A stretch of DNA of 64,000 nt, from the NCBI GenBank assembly GCA_903824855.1, contig CAIJYI010000043.1:177-64176 (forward strand), given 5' to 3'. This DNA is from an uncultured bacterium. GTDB taxonomy: Bacteria; Patescibacteriota; Minisyncoccia; Phycocordibacterales; CAIJYI01. Position 1 is the first letter of the stretch. Each line of letters begins with the position of its first letter. The notes beneath the pieces were generated by a model. The model was not told where the DNA came from. It was given only the letters and a program-made list of their open reading frames with translations, and did no database searches. The position numbers and the translations under genes are program-made. Shown piece after piece: positions 32,123 to 41,830 of the stretch.

Positions 32123-32530
32123 ATGAATTGGAATGCGTTTTTACTATTATTTCCCGCCACTTTTTTAAACATTGATTTCGTTTTGATGCTTTTGTTTAGT
32201 ATTGGTGGAGCGTTTCTTTTAGGCCTTTTTCCGTTACTCTCCGATTTCATATCAAAAGTAACAGGTATCCCCGGAATTCCCGAATCGGAACTCTCAATGC
32301 TTAAGCGATTGGTTTGTATCGGTTCAGGATTATTTGCGCTTTGGTATGTATTCGTTGCATCAAGCGCAGGATTTCTCTATTTGGCAATCTTCCTCAGCGT
32401 CATTCTTCAATGGTTCGTGACCTGCTATACTCTAGCCGCAACCTGCGAAAAAAGATTCCTTCGTATGAGTGAGTTTTGGCACATAATATATCCATGGATG
32501 TTCTGGAGACCAAAAAGTAGTAAAGAATAA
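32123..32530 (+). CDS. hypothetical multi-TM membrane protein
   Basis: AAGAGGAGG-ATG RBS at the internal Met; strong terminator downstream. Confidence 0.45.
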   Translation: MNWNAFLLLFPATFLNIDFVLMLLFSIGGAFLLGLFPLLSDFISKVTGIPGIPESELSMLKRLVCIGSGLFALWYVFVASSAGFLYLAIFLSVILQWFVTCYTLAATCEKRFLRMSEFWHIIYPWMFWRPKSSKE

Positions 32531-32539
32531 AAAAATACA

Positions 32540-32572
32540 CGACTGAGCCTTCATGCTCGGTCGTTTTTTATC
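32540..32572 (+). terminator. terminator
   Basis: acgactgagccttcatgctcggtcgt + T-run. Confidence 0.6.
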
Positions 32573-32646
32573 ACAGTAAGGTCCGACCTTCCTGCTTTTG
32601 TCGTCCGTTTGTTGTCTGTTCGTTCGTCGTTCCTCCTAGCTAGTGA

Positions 32647-32731
32647 GCCGTTTCGTTCTTTTCCCGGGTTATGAGTGCGATCACTCATCCTTCGGCGCCG
32701 CACGCCGAAAAAGGGAAAAGAACGAAACGGC
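32647..32731. repeat. element with a perfect 19-bp terminal inverted repeat (copy A, 85 bp), upstream of the rplC promoter
   Basis: gccgtttcgttcttttccc ... gggaaaagaacgaaacggc; internal conserved hairpin ttcggcg-ccgca-cgccgaa. Confidence 0.65.
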
Positions 32732-32878
32732 GAACGTTCGTTTGACGTTCTCAGGTATTTCTGCTAGGATTAAAGCCAAACCTACGAAGGGCTTTTTTTT
32801 ATTGCCACCGAACAGGCTAATTGGGACCAATGGCGACAGAACGTATTAAACGGCGTTCCGCGAAAGTCCCCAGAATTT

Positions 32879-33502
32879 ATGAGATTTATACTCGGAGAAA
32901 AGCTTGCGATGACGCAAATCTTCACGGAAGATGGCGTTGTGCACCCGGTTACCGCTGTCCAATCAGGGCAAATGACCGTTGTTCAAGTGAAGAACAAAAA
33001 GAAAGACGGTTATGACGCTATCCAATACGGATTCGGCGATCGTAACGAAAAAAATATTAATAAAGCGCAGATCGGCCACGCAAAAACGCTTGGCAATTTT
33101 CGGTATTACCGCGAAGAAAGACTGCCTGATGGAACAGAAGCGACCGTAACTACGGGCGATACTGTTAATCCTGAAGTTTTCAATGTTGGAGACATCGTTG
33201 AAGTTTCGGCCATTTCAAAAGGAAAAGGTTTCCAGGGTGTTGTTAAACGCCATAAATTTGAAGGAGGTCGCCGATCACACGGACAAAAACATTCCGAACG
33301 TGAGGCTGGTTCCATTGGAGGAGCTGCACACGGAGGAGGTAGAGTTCGACTAGGAAAAAGAATGCCGGGAAGAATGGGTTACGACAGAGTCACCGTCAAA
33401 AACTTAAAAATCGTTGCGGTTGATACCGATACGAATCAGATTTTCGTATCAGGCGCCATTCCGGGTCGAAGAGGAACACTTATTGAAATTAAAGGCCGAT
33501 AA
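32879..33502 (+). CDS. rplC: 50S ribosomal protein L3
   Basis: ILGEKLAMTQIFTEDG... canonical L3. Confidence 0.9.
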   Translation: MRFILGEKLAMTQIFTEDGVVHPVTAVQSGQMTVVQVKNKKKDGYDAIQYGFGDRNEKNINKAQIGHAKTLGNFRYYREERLPDGTEATVTTGDTVNPEVFNVGDIVEVSAISKGKGFQGVVKRHKFEGGRRSHGQKHSEREAGSIGGAAHGGGRVRLGKRMPGRMGYDRVTVKNLKIVAVDTDTNQIFVSGAIPGRRGTLIEIKGR

Positions 33503-33508
33503 AATTCC

Positions 33509-34171
33509 ATGGAAGCAAAAATATACAATCAAACAGGAAAAAGCGTTGGAACGATTGCATTGCCAACCGAAGTTTTCGGAGCACACTGGAACGGAGACTT
33601 GGTTCACCAGGTTTTGGTTTCTGAAGGCGGAAACGCACGCAACAACATCGCCCATGTTAAAGATCGAAGCGATGTAAGAGGAGGAGGAAAGAAACCGTGG
33701 AAACAGAAAGGTACCGGACGCGCTAGACATGGTTCTACTCGTTCACCAATCTGGGTCGGCGGAGGTGTTACCCACGGACCAACCAACGAAAAAGATTACA
33801 CCAGAAAAATCAACAAAAAAATGAAAGCTGCGGCTATTTACGCCATTCTTTCGCAGAAGTTGAAAAATGGAGAAATAATTTTTGTTGACGAAATCAAACC
33901 GACTGAAATTAAAACAAAAGAAGCGAAAGTAATCCTTTCATCTTTGGCAACAATTTCAGGATGCGAAGATATTGCCACAAAAAGAAAGAATGCCGCTTTC
34001 ATCGCGCTTGGAAAGAAAGACAAAGATGCGGAAAGAGTATTCAGCAACATCAAGAGCGTTTTTATTGGAGAATGGCGCAACATTACGCCTTCCGAACTTT
34101 TGAAATACAAATATATTGTTGTATCTCATCCGGAAGAAAGCGTGAAATTTGTCGCTTCAAAAATAAAATAA
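33509..34171 (+). CDS. rplD: 50S ribosomal protein L4
   Basis: GGGKKPWKQKGTGRARHGS... Confidence 0.9.
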   Translation: MEAKIYNQTGKSVGTIALPTEVFGAHWNGDLVHQVLVSEGGNARNNIAHVKDRSDVRGGGKKPWKQKGTGRARHGSTRSPIWVGGGVTHGPTNEKDYTRKINKKMKAAAIYAILSQKLKNGEIIFVDEIKPTEIKTKEAKVILSSLATISGCEDIATKRKNAAFIALGKKDKDAERVFSNIKSVFIGEWRNITPSELLKYKYIVVSHPEESVKFVASKIK

Positions 34172-34172
34172 T

Positions 34173-34472
34173 ATGAAAGCAAAAATTTTCAAAAATAAAA
34201 ATCTTGCCGAAATTCTGAAACGCCCTCGCGTGACCGAAAAAGCAGCTATTCTCGTCGAGAATAATGCCTATACATTCGAAGTCGCTCCAACCGCTACCAA
34301 ACCGGAAGTGAAAGCTGCGATTATCGCTATGTACAAAGTCACCCCGATTCAGATTAACATGACAGCAGGAACCAGTAAAAATATTACGAGGCGCGGTCGA
34401 GCCGGCGTAAAAACAACCAACAAAAAGGCGGTTGTTCATCTTAAGAAAGGTGATAAAATAGAATTCATCTAA
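34173..34472 (+). CDS. rplW: 50S ribosomal protein L23
   Basis: ILKRPRVTEKA...YTFEV... Confidence 0.9.
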   Translation: MKAKIFKNKNLAEILKRPRVTEKAAILVENNAYTFEVAPTATKPEVKAAIIAMYKVTPIQINMTAGTSKNITRRGRAGVKTTNKKAVVHLKKGDKIEFI

Positions 34473-34477
34473 AAAAC

Positions 34478-35320
34478 ATGAAATCACACAGACCTACAAC
34501 CCCATCAATGAGACACACGAAGGTTGTTTCTTACCGAAATGTTCTCACTTCGGCGAAACCTCACAAAGCGCTCACTATGGGACGCAAACGCGATGTCGGA
34601 CGCAATGCCGACGGACGCATTTCTGTTCGCCACAAAGGAGGTGGACACAAACGCCTTTATCGCGAAATAGACTTCAAATACAATAAAAGAGACATCCCGG
34701 CGAAAATCGAGACTATCGAATATGACCCGAACCGTTCCTCTTTCATTTCTCTCGTTTGCTACAAAGACGGAGAAAGACGCTATGTTCTCACAGCGAAAAC
34801 AATGAAAGTCGGCGACATGATGGTTGTCGGAGAGAACGCCGAAATCAAAGCCGGCAACAGACTCCCGATGAAAAACATTCCTCAAGGTACTTTCGTTTAC
34901 AATGTAGAATTGAAACCGGAAGGAGGTGCAAAAATCGTACGATCAGGCGGAAGCTATGCTGAAATCGTTGCGAAAGATGCTCCGTACGTTCACTTGAAAA
35001 TGCCGTCAGGAGAAATTCACAAAATTCACGAGAATGCATGGGCTTGCGTCGGAGTTGTTTCCAACGACGAACACAAACTCCGCAATATCGGAAAAGCCGG
35101 ACGCTCAAGATGGCTCGGTATTAGACCGACCGTTCGCGGAACAGCAATGAATCCTGTCGATCATCCACACGGTGGAGGAGAAGGAAAACAGGGAAGAGGA
35201 CTTCGCAGAGCCAAAACCGCTTGGGGAAAACCATCCGGAAAAGGACAGAAGACCAGAGCCCCGAAAAAGTATTCCAACGTCTTCATTATTTCAAGAAGAA
35301 AGACAAGAAAGAAAAAATAA
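34478..35320 (+). CDS. rplB: 50S ribosomal protein L2
   Basis: ...VRSGGSYAEIVAKD...HPHGGGEGK... Confidence 0.95.
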   Translation: MKSHRPTTPSMRHTKVVSYRNVLTSAKPHKALTMGRKRDVGRNADGRISVRHKGGGHKRLYREIDFKYNKRDIPAKIETIEYDPNRSSFISLVCYKDGERRYVLTAKTMKVGDMMVVGENAEIKAGNRLPMKNIPQGTFVYNVELKPEGGAKIVRSGGSYAEIVAKDAPYVHLKMPSGEIHKIHENAWACVGVVSNDEHKLRNIGKAGRSRWLGIRPTVRGTAMNPVDHPHGGGEGKQGRGLRRAKTAWGKPSGKGQKTRAPKKYSNVFIISRRKTRKKK

Positions 35321-35456
35321 TATTTTCAAAAAAAATACCGTCAGCAATGGCGGTATTTTTGTGGTAATTTCTTACACGATTTATTATTGACAAGAACTCT
35401 TTATTAACGTATTCTTTTTGCAGTTATGTTCACGGTGAAAATTTGGAGGCTATAAA

Positions 35457-35969
35457 ATGGCAAATATATCTACCGCTTTAAAATGTTTTTATGCGACTCT
35501 CGAAGGAGAGGGAGTAAAGGATAATGAAATTCTCTTTGGTTCAAAAGTCAGATTAGTTTTTCATATTCCGAAACTATCTTTTTCGGATGAGTCCGTTCAC
35601 CTTGGTTTTACAATTATGCCATTCGGTTTACAATTTCCGGAAAGAAATCCGACTTTGTGGCATCAAGACTTGAATATCCCATGTGAGGAAAGCGAAGTCG
35701 TTTTTTCCTTTATCGTTCCAACAGAAAAAAAATGGAAAAAAGATATCACCCCCGGTTTTTCATTTACTTTTGATGTAAACGGTTTATCTGTTTTTTCTCA
35801 ATTTTTGAAAGTACGATTTGTTTCGTCTTTTAATGATCGAAAGAGACGTGAGAAATTTGCATTCCATTTCATTGATTTAGAAAAGGGTATTGAATCATCA
35901 GTGAAGCAGATTAGAAAATTTGAGGAACAAGAAAAAAATTGGCAAAAAGAATTTGCGTGGGAAAAATAA
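35457..35969 (+). CDS. hypothetical protein inserted between rplB and rpsS
   Basis: ORF with a terminator (aaactgaaacggcactaccgtttcagttt + T-run) downstream. Confidence 0.45.
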   Translation: MANISTALKCFYATLEGEGVKDNEILFGSKVRLVFHIPKLSFSDESVHLGFTIMPFGLQFPERNPTLWHQDLNIPCEESEVVFSFIVPTEKKWKKDITPGFSFTFDVNGLSVFSQFLKVRFVSSFNDRKRREKFAFHFIDLEKGIESSVKQIRKFEEQEKNWQKEFAWEK

Positions 35970-36135
35970 ATAATTTCCGAAATGACTACAAACTGAAACG
36001 GCACTACCGTTTCAGTTTTTTTATTTATGTTTCTCTTTTGGACCTTTGTTCGACGAACACCACTTGCTTTTTCTCATCATGTATGGTTAAATACATTCGG
36101 AAACATTTGAAATTATATAGACCGAAGGAGGTTCT

Positions 36136-37305
36136 ATGTCTGACCAAGAACAATTAAGAACAACACCGCTCACCGAGTGGCACTTGGAGAATGGTGCAAA
36201 AATGGCGGAATTTGCCGGATATTCGATGCCGATTAATTATCCGTCAGGCGCGCTTAAAGAAACAAAAGCAGTCCGTGAAAATGCCGGAATGTTTGATATT
36301 TCTCACATGAGGCCCATTGTTGTGAAGGGAACGCTTGCCCGAGCTTTTCTTAACTTTATTGATACCAGAGACTTGGCATCAATGGAACCGGGAGACGCGA
36401 AGTACGGTATCGTTTGTCTAAACAACGGTGAGGCTATCGACGATATTATCGTTTATGAATCGCCATTTTCTACAAAACCGAGTGAAACTTTTATCGTTAT
36501 CTCTAATGCGAGCAACGGTACAAGAGTGTATGAACATTTGCGCCAAGTCAAAAGTGATTATTCTCTTTTGAATTCGCAGGTACAAATTGAAGACGGTCTT
36601 GATCAATTCGGATTTATTTCTTTACAAGGTCCGAAGGCAAAATCTATCTTACAAAAAGCGATTGGTTCTGAAAATCAAATTCCGAAAAAATATTATTCAT
36701 GCCAATACGGCATGGTGTTCGGATATTTTGCACTGCTTGCAAAAACAGGATACACAGGAGAAGAAGGGTACGAAATATTGTGTCCCAAATTAGACACCAT
36801 AGAAATCTGGACCCATTTTCTTGAAGTCGGAGAAGAAGACGGATTAGTTGCGTGCGGTCTTGCCTCTCGTGATACACTTCGTCTTGAAGCAGGTATGCCT
36901 TTATTCGGTCATGAAATGGATAAAAACCATAATCCGATAATAGCCGGCTTAGGAAAATATGTTGACTTCAACAAGGAAGGATACTTCCTCGGGAAAGGCA
37001 TACTTGAAAAAGTTCGTGATGGTGCATCCAAAAAACCTAATGAATATTTTAATGCCTTCATTATGGAAAAAGGAAGAGTTCCAAGACATGGCAATGTCAT
37101 TTACCTTATGCTTATGGGCGAAACTCGTCCCGTAGGAAAATTGACGAGCGCAGGATTTTCTCCAACGCTCCAAAAAAATATCGCTATGGGATATACGGAC
37201 CACTCGTTTCTTCCGGGCACCACTGTCCTCATTGATATCGGCGGACAAATGTATCCGGCGACAATAACAAAACTTCCTTTCTATAAAAGAGAAAAGAAAC
37301 AATAA
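36136..37305 (+). CDS. gcvT: glycine-cleavage T-protein family aminomethyltransferase
   Basis: GcvT-like N-terminal folate-binding region (…ENAGMFDISHM…) and C-terminal barrel; GGAGG RBS. Confidence 0.75.
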   Translation: MSDQEQLRTTPLTEWHLENGAKMAEFAGYSMPINYPSGALKETKAVRENAGMFDISHMRPIVVKGTLARAFLNFIDTRDLASMEPGDAKYGIVCLNNGEAIDDIIVYESPFSTKPSETFIVISNASNGTRVYEHLRQVKSDYSLLNSQVQIEDGLDQFGFISLQGPKAKSILQKAIGSENQIPKKYYSCQYGMVFGYFALLAKTGYTGEEGYEILCPKLDTIEIWTHFLEVGEEDGLVACGLASRDTLRLEAGMPLFGHEMDKNHNPIIAGLGKYVDFNKEGYFLGKGILEKVRDGASKKPNEYFNAFIMEKGRVPRHGNVIYLMLMGETRPVGKLTSAGFSPTLQKNIAMGYTDHSFLPGTTVLIDIGGQMYPATITKLPFYKREKKQ

Positions 37306-37508
37306 AGTTACAACCGCGATAGCATAGTCTTTCGCGGTTTTTTTATTACAACATCTATTCCATTTATTGTCCCAGAGGTTGAACCTCTTCAATTTTTTTG
37401 TTGACAAAGGGGTGACGGGTACGAGTAATCGGTTTTTGGTGTTGATTCGCTTTGACTATCTGGTATCATGGGTATGGTTTTGATTTTTGAAACAAAAAGG
37501 AGGATATC

Positions 37509-38672
37509 ATGGAAAACTCGAATAAAGAAGTTTGGTACGAAAGTGCCTTAACACTTCTTCGCAACGCACGGAAAAAAGCAAAAAAAATGTCTCCCGAAGA
37601 ACTCATCATTCTAAAAAAAGACACACATAAAGAACTTGATGAAATCTTTTATGAGCGCAGCCTTAATGAAGAAATCGCCGAAGACCGAAATTTGCGTAGA
37701 AACAAAACGGCTGAAAGTGATTTGAAAAAGAAATATCATGCGCTTCAGGAGCAAATTGAATTGCTTGAAAAAGAAAATCTCGCTATGAGAAATTTAAAAA
37801 ATGATCATAGCGCACATAACATTATTGCGTCTCCAGGTCTTGCCGTATCAGAAGCAACAGCAATGGTCGTGCTTTCCGATTGGCATATTGAAGAAATTGT
37901 TCGTTCTGAAACCGTTAATGGAAAAAACACTTTCAACCTTGAGGTTGCGAAGAAACGCGCTGATCGTTGTTTTCAAAAAATTGTCAGTTTGACGGTAAAA
38001 GAACAACAAGACGTTACCATCAATAATATGGTCGTGGCATTACTCGGCGATTTTATCTCCGGTAATATTCACGAAGAGCTGATGGAAAACTGCGAACTTC
38101 GTCCAATGGAAGCAATTCTTTTTGCACAAGGTCTGCTTGAGTCAGGGATTTGCTATTTATTGGCAAACACCAAACTCAATCTTACTTTCGTTTGTCATGT
38201 GGGCAACCATTCTCGCATCACCAAGAAAATTCACATTTCCAACGAACAAGGCAACTCACTTGAGTCGCTCATGTATTGTTCATTGAAACAACGATTCTTA
38301 AGTGAACCTCGAGTGAAGTTTGTTATCGCGGAAGGGTATCATTCATATATGGATGTGTATAAAACAAGAATCCGTTTTCATCACGGTCATTCATTACGTT
38401 TCCAAGGCGGTGTCGGCGGACTTACTATTCCGGTAAATAAAGCCATCGCTCAATGGAATAAAATAATTCCTGTTGATTTGGATATTTTTGGTCACTGGCA
38501 TACCTATATGCATATGAAGAACTTCGTTGCGAACGGTTCTCTTATCGGTTACAACGGATTCGCTCTTTCTATTAAAGCTGACTTTGACGATCCGAAACAA
38601 GCGTTTTTCTTAATTGATAAACGTTTAGGTCCTTCAATCTTTGCACCTATATTTGTAGATAAATATAAGTAA
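37509..38672 (+). CDS. calcineurin-like metallophosphoesterase with an N-terminal coiled-coil domain (Mre11/SbcD-like motifs)
   Basis: LSDWH (DxH), LLGDFISGN (GDxxD), VGNHS (GNH[DE]), FGHWH (GHxH); AAAGGAGG RBS. Confidence 0.55.
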   Translation: MENSNKEVWYESALTLLRNARKKAKKMSPEELIILKKDTHKELDEIFYERSLNEEIAEDRNLRRNKTAESDLKKKYHALQEQIELLEKENLAMRNLKNDHSAHNIIASPGLAVSEATAMVVLSDWHIEEIVRSETVNGKNTFNLEVAKKRADRCFQKIVSLTVKEQQDVTINNMVVALLGDFISGNIHEELMENCELRPMEAILFAQGLLESGICYLLANTKLNLTFVCHVGNHSRITKKIHISNEQGNSLESLMYCSLKQRFLSEPRVKFVIAEGYHSYMDVYKTRIRFHHGHSLRFQGGVGGLTIPVNKAIAQWNKIIPVDLDIFGHWHTYMHMKNFVANGSLIGYNGFALSIKADFDDPKQAFFLIDKRLGPSIFAPIFVDKYK

Positions 38673-38683
38673 TATTTATTTAT

Positions 38684-38722
38684 AGCACACCCCCGGGGCC
38701 ATTATGGCCCCGGTTTTTTTAT
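38684..38722 (+). terminator. terminator
   Basis: ccccggggccattatggccccgg + T-run. Confidence 0.6.
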
Positions 38723-38793
38723 GCATGAAGTCCCTCGATTTTAAGGTTTTTTTGCTCGGTTCTTAGTCGTTTTTCTATTCTCTCCATGTTTAC

Positions 38794-38822
38794 TTGACTT
38801 AATTTGCTCTTTTTGTTAGGAT
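38794..38822 (+). promoter_or_regulatory. candidate promoter TTGACT-N17-TAGGAT for the rpsS segment
   Basis: hexamers 30 nt upstream of rpsS. Confidence 0.4.
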
Positions 38823-38852
38823 ACAACGTAAAGCTCTGATTAAGAGGAGCTT

Positions 38853-39218
38853 ATGTTTTTGACTAAAATCATGACCAGATCACTAAAAAAAGGTCCATAC
38901 GTGGACGAAAAGTTGTTAAAGAAAGTTGAAGGGAAACGACCGATAGAAACGGGCGTCATTAAAACGTGGGCACGAGCCAGTCAGATCTCACCAGAAATGT
39001 TGGGTTTCACTTTCGGCGTTCACAATGGACGTGCACATCTTGAAGTTTTAGTTACCGAAGATATGGTCGGACATCGTCTCGGCGAATTCTCACCTACAAG
39101 AAAGTTTATTAGACACGGAGGAAAAATGCAGAAAGAAATCGAACAGAAAAAGAAAGACTCCGAAATAGCGGCAGCAAAAGCGGCGAAAACCGCAACCGCG
39201 GAACCGAAAAAGAAATAA
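38853..39218 (+). CDS. rpsS: 30S ribosomal protein S19 with a Lys/Ala-rich C-terminal tail
   Basis: [16 protein letters not shown]...[13 protein letters not shown]; alternative ATG at 38871. Confidence 0.9.
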   Translation: MFLTKIMTRSLKKGPYVDEKLLKKVEGKRPIETGVIKTWARASQISPEMLGFTFGVHNGRAHLEVLVTEDMVGHRLGEFSPTRKFIRHGGKMQKEIEQKKKDSEIAAAKAAKTATAEPKKK

Positions 39219-39227
39219 TTAAAGAGC

Positions 39228-39306
39228 TTTTAGGTTTTAGGGGGTAGGTTTTAGACGAAACGGTTTCCGTTTCCCTAACCACTAACCCCTAAGACCTAAC
39301 ACCTAA
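39228..39306. repeat. TTAGG/CCTAA-type palindromic element (copy 2, rpsS-rplV spacer)
   Basis: ttttaggttttagggggtaggttttagacgaaacggtttccgtttccctaaccactaacccctaagacctaacacctaaa. Confidence 0.7.
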
Positions 39307-39311
39307 ATATC

Positions 39312-39761
39312 ATGGAAACAGGAACAGCAAGTCTTAAGAATTATCGACAGTCGCCACGAAAGGTGCGACTCCTTGCCAATTTGGTTAAAGGAAAAGAAGC
39401 GAAAGAGGCCATTACCCTCCTTCGTTTTTCGCAGAAACGAGCTTCAGATCCTTTGGAGAAGCTTATTGAAAGCGCCCTTGCCAATGTCAGGAATGCCGGA
39501 GCCGGAGCAAAAGATTTGTTTCGCGTGGTCAATATGACGGTTGATAAAGGAGTAGTTATGAAAAGAAGCATGCCTCGCGCGAGAGGAAGAGCTTTCCCGA
39601 TTAAGAAACGAACCAGCCATGTCACAGTTACGATAGCAAGAATGGAAGCACCTGTCGCAAAAGCAAAAATCGAAGCAAAAAAAGTTGAGACCAAAGAAGT
39701 AAAGAAAGCAACTGTTGCGAAAAAACCGGTAGCAAAGAAGAAAATCACAACAAAAGAATAA
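39312..39761 (+). CDS. rplV: 50S ribosomal protein L22 with a Lys-rich C-terminal tail
   Basis: PRKVRLLANLVKGKEAKEAITLLRFS... Confidence 0.9.
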   Translation: METGTASLKNYRQSPRKVRLLANLVKGKEAKEAITLLRFSQKRASDPLEKLIESALANVRNAGAGAKDLFRVVNMTVDKGVVMKRSMPRARGRAFPIKKRTSHVTVTIARMEAPVAKAKIEAKKVETKEVKKATVAKKPVAKKKITTKE

Positions 39762-39795
39762 ACCATTTATACTAAAAATACTTAATACATAATTT

Positions 39796-40461
39796 ATGTC
39801 GCACACCGTACATCCATATTCACATCGCTTGGGGATACTCAGAGATTGGAAATCTCGATGGTTCGCCGCATCCGGAAAATATCAGGAATTTTTACGTTCT
39901 GATGTTCTTTTGCGCGAATATCTTGAAAAACGCCTTCATGGACAATACGTAAGCGCTATCGATTTCGAGAGAAACGACAACACTTTAAAGATTATCATCA
40001 AAACCGGTCGACCGGGAATGATTATCGGAAGAAGCGGAGAAGGACACACCAAACTCAAGAACGACGTCCTCGCTTTTGCCAAGAAAAACAAAATCTCTCT
40101 TTCTGAAAACTTAAAGATAGATATTGAAGAAGTTCGTTATCCTGAAACAGATGCCGCGATTGTCGGACAAATGATTGCCGAAGGTTTGGAAAAACGTATG
40201 CCATTCCGCCGTGTTCTCAAACAGACCGTTGAAAAAGTTATGGCAAGCAAATCAGCACAAGGAGCAAAAATTGCCATTTCCGGACGCTTAGGAGGAGCTG
40301 AAATGAGCCGATCCGAAGAAATCAAACGAGGAAACATTCCTCTTCAGACGTTCCGCGCTGACATCGATTTCGCAAAAGTAAGAGCTAACCTTCCATACGG
40401 AGTTATCGGTATCAAGGTTTGGATCTACAAAGGAGAAGTATTTGAACCGAAAACAAAGTAA
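39796..40461 (+). CDS. rpsC: 30S ribosomal protein S3
   Basis: KH domain GRPGMIIGRSGEG... Confidence 0.95.
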   Translation: MSHTVHPYSHRLGILRDWKSRWFAASGKYQEFLRSDVLLREYLEKRLHGQYVSAIDFERNDNTLKIIIKTGRPGMIIGRSGEGHTKLKNDVLAFAKKNKISLSENLKIDIEEVRYPETDAAIVGQMIAEGLEKRMPFRRVLKQTVEKVMASKSAQGAKIAISGRLGGAEMSRSEEIKRGNIPLQTFRADIDFAKVRANLPYGVIGIKVWIYKGEVFEPKTK

Positions 40462-40498
40462 CATTAAACGAAAGTATTCATCAAATTAAAGAAAGAAT

Positions 40499-40921
40499 AT
40501 GCTAGCCTTCCCAAGAAAAGTTAAACATCGCAAATGGCAGACCAATCGCCATAATCCAAAGAAACCGCACAATGAAACGCGTGGTATTACTGTTGCGTTT
40601 GGATCATTCGGTTTGAAAGCTCAGAGCATGGGACGTATTCGTTCCAATCAGATTGAAGCTGCAAGAAAGACATTAACAAGAACAATCTCAAAAACAGGAA
40701 AAGTTTGGATTCGTATTTTCACAGACAGACCGGTTACACAAAAAGCCGCTGAAGTGGGAATGGGAAAAGGTAAAGGAGATCCGGTTGGATATTGCTTTGA
40801 GGTATTACCTGGACGCATCCTTTTTGAAGTTGACGGAGTTACCGAAGCAATTGCTAAAGAAGCTCTCAGAAAAGCCGGCGCAAAACTTCCGATTAAAACG
40901 AAAGTCGTTGCCCACATCTAA
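40499..40921 (+). CDS. rplP: 50S ribosomal protein L16
   Basis: PRKVKHRK...GKGDPVGYCFEVLPGRILFE. Confidence 0.95.
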   Translation: MLAFPRKVKHRKWQTNRHNPKKPHNETRGITVAFGSFGLKAQSMGRIRSNQIEAARKTLTRTISKTGKVWIRIFTDRPVTQKAAEVGMGKGKGDPVGYCFEVLPGRILFEVDGVTEAIAKEALRKAGAKLPIKTKVVAHI

Positions 40922-40932
40922 ATAATACGAAT

Positions 40933-41127
40933 ATGACAGAAGAAATAAAATCAAAAACTGACGAAGAATTGGTAAAAGAACTTTCTGAAAAGAAGGTTGC
41001 TTTGAATGGAATGAAATTCAACATCGCCGGTTCAAAGATCAAGAATGTTAGAGAACAGCGCAGTATGAAGAAAGACATCGCTCGTTTCTTGACCGAACTT
41101 AATAAGCGAGCATCCGCAAACAAATAA
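40933..41127 (+). CDS. rpmC: 50S ribosomal protein L29
   Basis: 64 aa, [13 protein letters not shown]... Confidence 0.85.
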   Translation: MTEEIKSKTDEELVKELSEKKVALNGMKFNIAGSKIKNVREQRSMKKDIARFLTELNKRASANK

Positions 41128-41132
41128 TCAAC

Positions 41133-41381
41133 ATGGAAAAGAAAATTCACAAAAAGCAATTGAAAGGAGTTGTCGTCTCCGATAAAATGCAAAAGACTGT
41201 TGTCGTCTTAGTAAATCGTTTTATCAAAGCTCCAAAATACGGCAAATACGTTCAAAAAAGCAAAAGATACAAAGCTCACGATGAAACAAACATCTATAAG
41301 ACGGGAGACAAAGTTGTCATCGAAGAAACCAATCCAATCTCTAAAGACAAAACCTTTAAAGTAGTCGGAAAACAGATGTAA
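41133..41381 (+). CDS. rpsQ: 30S ribosomal protein S17
   Basis: [20 protein letters not shown]...YKAHDE...GDKVVIEE. Confidence 0.9.
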   Translation: MEKKIHKKQLKGVVVSDKMQKTVVVLVNRFIKAPKYGKYVQKSKRYKAHDETNIYKTGDKVVIEETNPISKDKTFKVVGKQM

Positions 41382-41444
41382 ACGAGTATTGTTATATGGT
41401 ATACGGCATAAGTGATACTATTCCCATATACATACAATAAAAAT

Positions 41445-41816
41445 ATGATTCAACCACAAACAATAGTTAAAATAGTTGACAATACCGGAGGAAAAATCGG
41501 AAGAGTCTTCAAAGTACTCGGAGGTTCAAAGAAACGATACGCTGAAATAGGCGAACTCGTTGTTTTGGCTGTCCAAGTTGCTGAACCAAGAAAAGGAGTC
41601 AAACGTAAAGACGTTTTGCAGGCCGTTGTTGTTCGACAGACAAAACCACTTCGCAGAAAAGACGGATCGTATGTTCGTTTCGATGAGAATGCGGTTGTCA
41701 TTTTAGAAAAAGGGAAAAAGGAACCTAAAGGCGGTCGTGTTTTTGGTCCAATCCCACGCGAGATTGCTGATCTCGGATATCAGAAAATTGCTTCATTGGC
41801 ACCGGAAATCGTTTAA
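41445..41816 (+). CDS. rplN: 50S ribosomal protein L14
   Basis: MIQPQTIVKIVDNTGGK...; start at the internal ATG. Confidence 0.95.
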   Translation: MIQPQTIVKIVDNTGGKIGRVFKVLGGSKKRYAEIGELVVLAVQVAEPRKGVKRKDVLQAVVVRQTKPLRRKDGSYVRFDENAVVILEKGKKEPKGGRVFGPIPREIADLGYQKIASLAPEIV

Positions 41817-41830
41817 ATAACAATACATAT

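Noticed and set aside
32647-32731. RNase P RNA, SRP RNA, 6S RNA or group II intron domain V as the identity of the inverted-repeat element
   Set aside because: The conserved cores (GGAAAGUCCGG/ACAGNRA, the domain IV GGAA loop, the 34-nt DV with AGC triad and 2-nt bulge) are not present. Resemblance is limited to a GAGCCG start.
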